A stretch of 64,000 bases of DNA from assembly GCA_009602725.1 (NCBI GenBank), contig WELB01000003.1, positions 635,032 to 699,031 on the forward strand, written 5' to 3'. Of this stretch, positions 58,469-64,000 are shown piece after piece. Numbering within the stretch: position 1 is the stretch's first letter; each line of letters begins with the position of its first letter. This DNA comes from Spirogloea muscicola. Lineage: Eukaryota. Under the pieces are notes generated by a model. It saw only the letters and a program-made list of their open reading frames with translations, was not told the DNA's origin and searched no databases. The translations under genes were made by a program, and so were the position numbers.

Positions 58469-61400
58469 ATGCTGCGCTGCCCGCCGAGAGCTGCCGCGGC
58501 AGACGCCGCCTCGACGGCGGCGCTGGCGACGGCAGGAGGAGTCGCCCTGAGTGCGTCCGCGGCCATGGCCGGCATAGGTCTGGCGGCGGCAGCTGCGGCG
58601 GCCGCGAAGGCCGTCGACGACGCCCCTGCCGCAGCTCGCCGGCAATCGGCCGCAAGGCTGCGTGCCGTGCAGTGCCGCCTCGAGGAGGCCCTACGACGTT
58701 CCGCGAAGGCGGCTCGGCAGCGCGTGGCGACCGTCGCGGAGGCACCGCCAGCCAACGGGGACGCCACCAGCGGCAGCGGCAGCGGCGGCGGCAGGGCTGG
58801 CCAGCCATTGCCGCGGGACCTGGAGCTCTCCCAGCGCGGCGTGGCGCTGGCGCTGGCCTTCGGCGGCGGCGCGGCGCTGCTGCACACGCTGCTCTCGGCG
58901 CTGCCGCCGGACTTCCTGGACCGCTGGCGCGGCCTCTTCAGCGAGCAGCCGCACGCGGAGCCATCGCTGCGCGGCGGCGAGTCCCGCGGCGGCACCGTGC
59001 TCTACGACTGTCACGGCGCGGTCATTGCCACCGTCGTCCCCGGCGGCTTCAGCGGCACGCGGCCCGAGCTCGGGCGCGCCAGGCGCTCCACGCCGCTGCG
59101 GCCCAGCGAGATCCCCTCGGCAATGTGGCAGGCCGTCGTCGCCTCCGAGGACCGCAGCTTCTTCGACCATCGTGGATTCGACCCCAGGGGGCTTTCCCGT
59201 GCGCTCGTCACGATGGCGAGGAGCGGTGGCGGCAGCACCATCACTCAGCAGGTCAGAGCTGGGGCCGCACTGAGAAGGAGATCTGCAGCAGCTCTCTGGT
59301 CTGGTCAAGTGACCTTCATGGCAAGTCGACAGCGCGGCTTCCGTCGTGCACACAACGGCATATGTAGTCGAGCAGACCATTACTCACGCCGTGCCGTTCA
59401 GTTGCGGCTTATAGTCAGCTGTGCTGTGTGGGATCTCTGAAACGCCAAGCCTCGTTTGGCCTGGAGCTTCCAGCTGGTGAAGAATGTGTTCCTCACCAAC
59501 GAGCGCAAATGGGCGCGTAAGCTGGTTGAGATCATCCTCGCTGTCATCATCGAGCGCAAGATGTCCAAATGGGATATCCTGCACCTCTACCTCAGCAAGG
59601 TCAGGGACCCAGCGTCCAGTCCCAAGAATGCCCACATCGGCAGCTCAATCTCATGGAATCAGAAGAATGCTGGGCTTGAGCCTGCCTGCCTTGGCAGGCC
59701 TAGGGAAGTTTTTCGCGTATAATACTTGGACCCTATTGACGTAGTCGTTGCCCACATCTGTCGGCTAGATATACTGGGGCCATGGCGTGAATGGGATCGA
59801 GGCCGCATCTGCGCTCTACTTTGGGAAGCACCCGTCGCTGCTCACGCTGGGCGAGTGCGCTATGCTGGCCGGCATCATCCCCGCCCCCGAGCTCCTGTCA
59901 CCATACCGAGATCCTAGCAGGTTATTTGACCCTCACCGCAAAGTTATCAACTGTGCATGTAGGTAGCTGCGCTTCTAACACTTGAGCAGATAAATAAGAG
60001 TAGTGAAGGGTCAGCAAGGTAGTGCTGATCTCTGATCTTAGCTTCCACTATTTTGCCGCCTGCAAACATGCAGCGGGATCTAGGACGTGTCTTCTGGATA
60101 TGAACATCTGCTGATCTCTAAGCACTTTCTTGACACACAGAGGGAGGAAGCCGCAGGCTAGGGCCCTGCGGAGGATGGTGGAGGCTGGCTTCCTGAACTC
60201 AGCAACCGCGGCGCGCGCTGTGAATGAGCCGCTTGTCCTGGGTACTGAAGCCAAGCAGCAGGGCACCTCAGGCCCCTGGCGAGCCCCGTACTTTGTCAGT
60301 GAGGTATAGTTGTGCCTGCCTCATCAGTCAGACTGTCGTCTACCGCCCTTAGACTTTGGCATGGATCTGCAGTTCCTAATGTTGCTCGCCTCTGTGAATG
60401 GGCCCTTCCTGCCCAACGCTGATGGGAAATTTGGCACCTCTATCTGGAAACATGCAGGAAGGCAGACTGCAATCCTTTCTCGTAGTTGTCACACGAGATA
60501 GGCGTTCAAAGTGAAGCTTGTGTGCAATCGGTGCTACTCATCTGAACGTGGTGGCTGTCTGGGTCAGGTGCTCCATCTTCTGAATCAGAAGTACGGCCGC
60601 GAAGAGATTCTTCGGGGCGGGCTTCAGGTCTGCCCATGAGCTCTGCATAGCCTTTAAGCAGCATTCAAAGCTTTCAAACTCTTAAGGAAATGTCAAATAG
60701 CTCATTTCTACCTGTAGTCACATTTCCTTCTGTATTTCCGCCATCCTCCCTCTTAAGCACAAGTCAGCTGCTGTGTCACGTCAGCTGCTTCACAGTAGCA
60801 GCACCACCTTTAGCTTACTGGCTTGTTTGGGAACTGCATAGCATGCTGAAGATTCGATCTTGCGGTCGTCAGAATGACAGCGTGGCAGTAACCCCCATTG
60901 TCATTCTGGTTACTTGCCATCCCCTGCATGCCAGCAGCGAGGAGACCAACTCGTGTATGCTGCCTCATCCACTAACTTTCCTTCCCACTTGTGCTGGCCA
61001 ACACCTTGCCTTGTCCTGGTATTCAGATCCTAACAGTGCAAGCAACGACAACTGTGCAGGTCTATACAACACTCGATCTGGGCATGCAAGACATTGCTGA
61101 GAAGGTCGTGAGGGACACAGGCATTGAACTTGACAGGGAGAGGAACATCCTTGCAGAGAGAGGCTTGGTAACGGCCAGAAAGAAGCTGGACGACATGCTG
61201 GCATCCAAGCAAGATCAAGTCCTCGAGCTGGTGGCCGCTGCCAGCGCTGCGGCCGCTGCACGGAGGTATTTCTCCTGGTGCCGCTGTTCGCCACCGTTTG
61301 AGCACTGGCAAGGGCAGGCTCTGGGAACTATTGAGAATTATGGTGGCCTCCTCAATACTTGCTTGCACTCTTTCAGTAGCTGCCAGGCAAGCACTTCACT

Positions 61401-64000
61401 TGCAGTGGTGCCTAGACCTCACACAGCTTTTCTTGGTTGCTGGTGCAGGGATGTGGAAGCTGCAGTAGGTTGGGAAGAAGAGAGTGGAAGGCGCAACTTA
61501 AGGTAGCCGACAACTTCTCTCTTCTTCCCATGTCTCATTGTGTTCATCACATACAAGTCCTGAGCTGGGATCCCACACGATTGATCTGCAAGTTTGAATG
61601 AGAAATAATTATTTGAAGATACAATGGTGGTGTAAGCACTCAAGCAGTGACCTGCCTCTTGGCAATGGTGAATATTTCACTATCAGAACTGCAGATAGGC
61701 TATTGTCAGAAATTTCAAGGAAAAGTTTTGTTTATCTGCCAGGTCTCGTGGATCGAGTCTTATTCCCCTTGCCACTGGCTTGATGAGTTATGTATCCTTT
61801 GCACGACATTGTCAATGCTAGCACAATTTGAATTCTGCTGTGTTACTGCTAAGAGAGTTGACTGCATGTTCACCTTGCAGCACCTTGGATGCCCTGGAGA
61901 GAGCTCAGGAAGATGACCGAGCAGCTGCCGCTGCAGCTGCTGCTGCCATCAAGAGATACACCACCCAGTAGTGCTCTCTTCCCTCCATGTGCGTTGCAGT
62001 CATTGTATGACGCCTTTCTGCCTGGATGCATCCCGCATGCAAGGTGGAGCAAGAACGTCACAAGCCCTTGTGTCAAAGACGCACTCTATAAGGTAGCCAT
62101 GATAGTCGATACACGCATGGACTGGTTCAACATTCAAATACCGACACTCCGTGGTGCAGAGAAGCGGCGATGCGTGCAACCATTGCCGCTTACGAGGAAG
62201 AGATCAAGAAGGCTGGAGAAGCCAGGTGAGCAGAGCCTAGGCACTTTCCACTGCTCATGCTAGATTTTCGTTCAGAACCTTGACTCCAGTCTGTCACATG
62301 CTGTCTGCGCCTATTTGACCTGGGGTGCAGTGTGGATGCGGGGATGCCCTTGCTGTTATTTGCTGCTATACTTGGCGATTTCTCAGTCTTAAATGGAATT
62401 ATTAGTGCAAAGGCCAGACATTCAGAGCACTCTCATCGCCCAGTCACACGTCATGAAAGGCATTGTGCTGAGTAGATGTCAAGTGCCACTGAGATGTGAG
62501 CCAGTCATTAAATCAAAGCAGCTGCTGTGTTGCTCTGTCCAAGGCTGGAGGGTGCCATGGTTGCCATGGATCCTGCAGACGGAGCCATAAGGGCCCTCGT
62601 GGGTGGACGGGACTACTACGAGAGTAATTTCAATCGTGCTACACAGGTGGGTAATGTAGTATAGCAGTATGGAGCTGCAACCCATCTTCTTAACTTATGC
62701 ATGAATCTATTTCTTACAGCCACTTATTTGCACAAGGAGAGCATGTTTTTTACATGCCACCCAGCCATCATGTCAGGCTCTGAGGCCTCCAGGCTCTACA
62801 TTTAAGCCCTTGGTGTACCTCACTGCTTTCTCTCAAGGCATGTAAGTTGAGTCTATTTCTCATGCATTGCAACTCTTCAGTTCACCATACATTGTGAGCT
62901 GTCATGCTGCCAATTTACAGCTACTGTTGTCAGGGCAAAGTAGGTTTGCTGAGGCTCCTTGTCACCTAAATGAAAATAGGGTTTTTTAATCCTTTGACAA
63001 CACATTCGGCGCCTGCTTGTTAAGACGGCCTTTCCCTGATGTTCCTCAGAGAGAAAGAGTTTTTGGTGGTGGATGAGCCGTATAGTGTTGGCAACTTCAC
63101 ACCCGAAAATTATGACCGAAAATTCAGAGGGGAGGTAAGACTACTGTAGGTTACCTGTCCCTTAATTGCAGACATTCCATGTAAGCTCTCAGGACCTCGA
63201 TTAGAGACCAATTGCAGCCGCTGTTGGAGGTGTTAGAGGTGTTAGATAAGGTGACCTTTGACGAGACCTTCATGTGATGCAATAGCTGCTCAAGGCGAAT
63301 GCATACTGTGCTGCTCATGAAGCTCGCTCACATATTTTCCTTCTCTTGAGTTACAGGTCACACTGGAATATGCACTCCTCAAGTCGCTCAATGTTCCTAC
63401 AGTGAAGCTTTGTGCAGAAGTTGGAGTTGACAAGGTGCAGAAGCACTGTGGACACTATTAATATCATGTTCATTAATTGACCTGCATTGATTTGCCAGGA
63501 GCTGAGCAATAACGTATACTTGATATTGCTTCGTCCCCAAACGAACCGGGTTAATGAGATCGTGTGTAAGCTTGCAATGATTCAGGACATAGTCAAATAA
63601 CTGTCTTCTTGGGTGCCTGCAGGTGTGCGAGATTGCAAGAAAGTTGGGCATTCATACAAGCCTGCCTCATGAGCTCGCACTGTCCCTAGGGGGTTGTGAG
63701 GTACGTTACCCGGCTTCTGTGATGGTTGTCACTTGCACAAGAGGAGCCTTTCATAGAGGACATAGCTTTGGTAATGTTTAAGTGCGTTAGCTGAAGACAA
63801 GTGTCTGTATGTACAAAGAGCATCATTACTGTTTTTATTAAGCAACCTCCTTGCCATAGCGACATACTTTATCGAGTCTCAAGTCAGGCAGATTGTGGTT
63901 GATTGCAGGTTACGCCTGTGCAGCTGGCCACTGTGTATTGCACCATTGCTAGTGGCGGCTACTTTCACAAGCCGCACCTCATCACACGTGTGGAGAGCTT
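58469..64000 (+). CDS. Class A (bifunctional transglycosylase/transpeptidase) penicillin-binding protein, probably plastid-targeted; 3' end beyond window
   Basis: GT51 motifs [50 protein letters not shown]; transpeptidase SxxK (PGSTFKP, ~62790) and SxN (SLNVP, ~63383). At least 14 spliceosomal introns; Ala/Arg-rich N-terminus. Confidence 0.93.

Noticed and set aside
21437..64000. Bacterial contamination or a recent HGT island suggested by selD and PBP
   Set aside because: Both genes are interrupted by many spliceosomal introns and are interleaved with plant-specific genes.

Overview
Intron-rich eukaryotic nuclear DNA, most consistent with a streptophyte alga or non-seed plant: TTTAGGG-type repeats, plant-specific LBD, DUF1644, PP2-A10 and PRA1.H families, a class A penicillin-binding protein (PBP) and a selenophosphate synthetase. 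About 13 spliced or intronless protein genes can be reconstructed by eye: DnaJ-ferredoxin, a divergent LOB-domain factor, a mitochondrial-carrier-family protein, ArfGAP, PRA1.H, fructosamine kinase, an NADH-dehydrogenase-like/SelD fusion, PP2-A10-like, DUF1644, a KASH-like coiled-coil protein, two CHY/RING paralogs and a PBP. There is also one tRNA-Phe and an orphan SLU7 exon with an inverted duplication. Most larger intergenic spacers are mosaics of 5'-truncated 3' ends of several lineages of one RLE-type (CRE-like) non-LTR retrotransposon group. These share a C-terminal S-D-L-x-L-L-T-R-G-Y-stop peptide, mostly carry conserved 3' hairpins, and end against TTC-rich sequence; one copy has a clean 11-bp target-site duplication. 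Exon coordinates are manual and approximate. Three N-gaps hide GC-rich gene starts.
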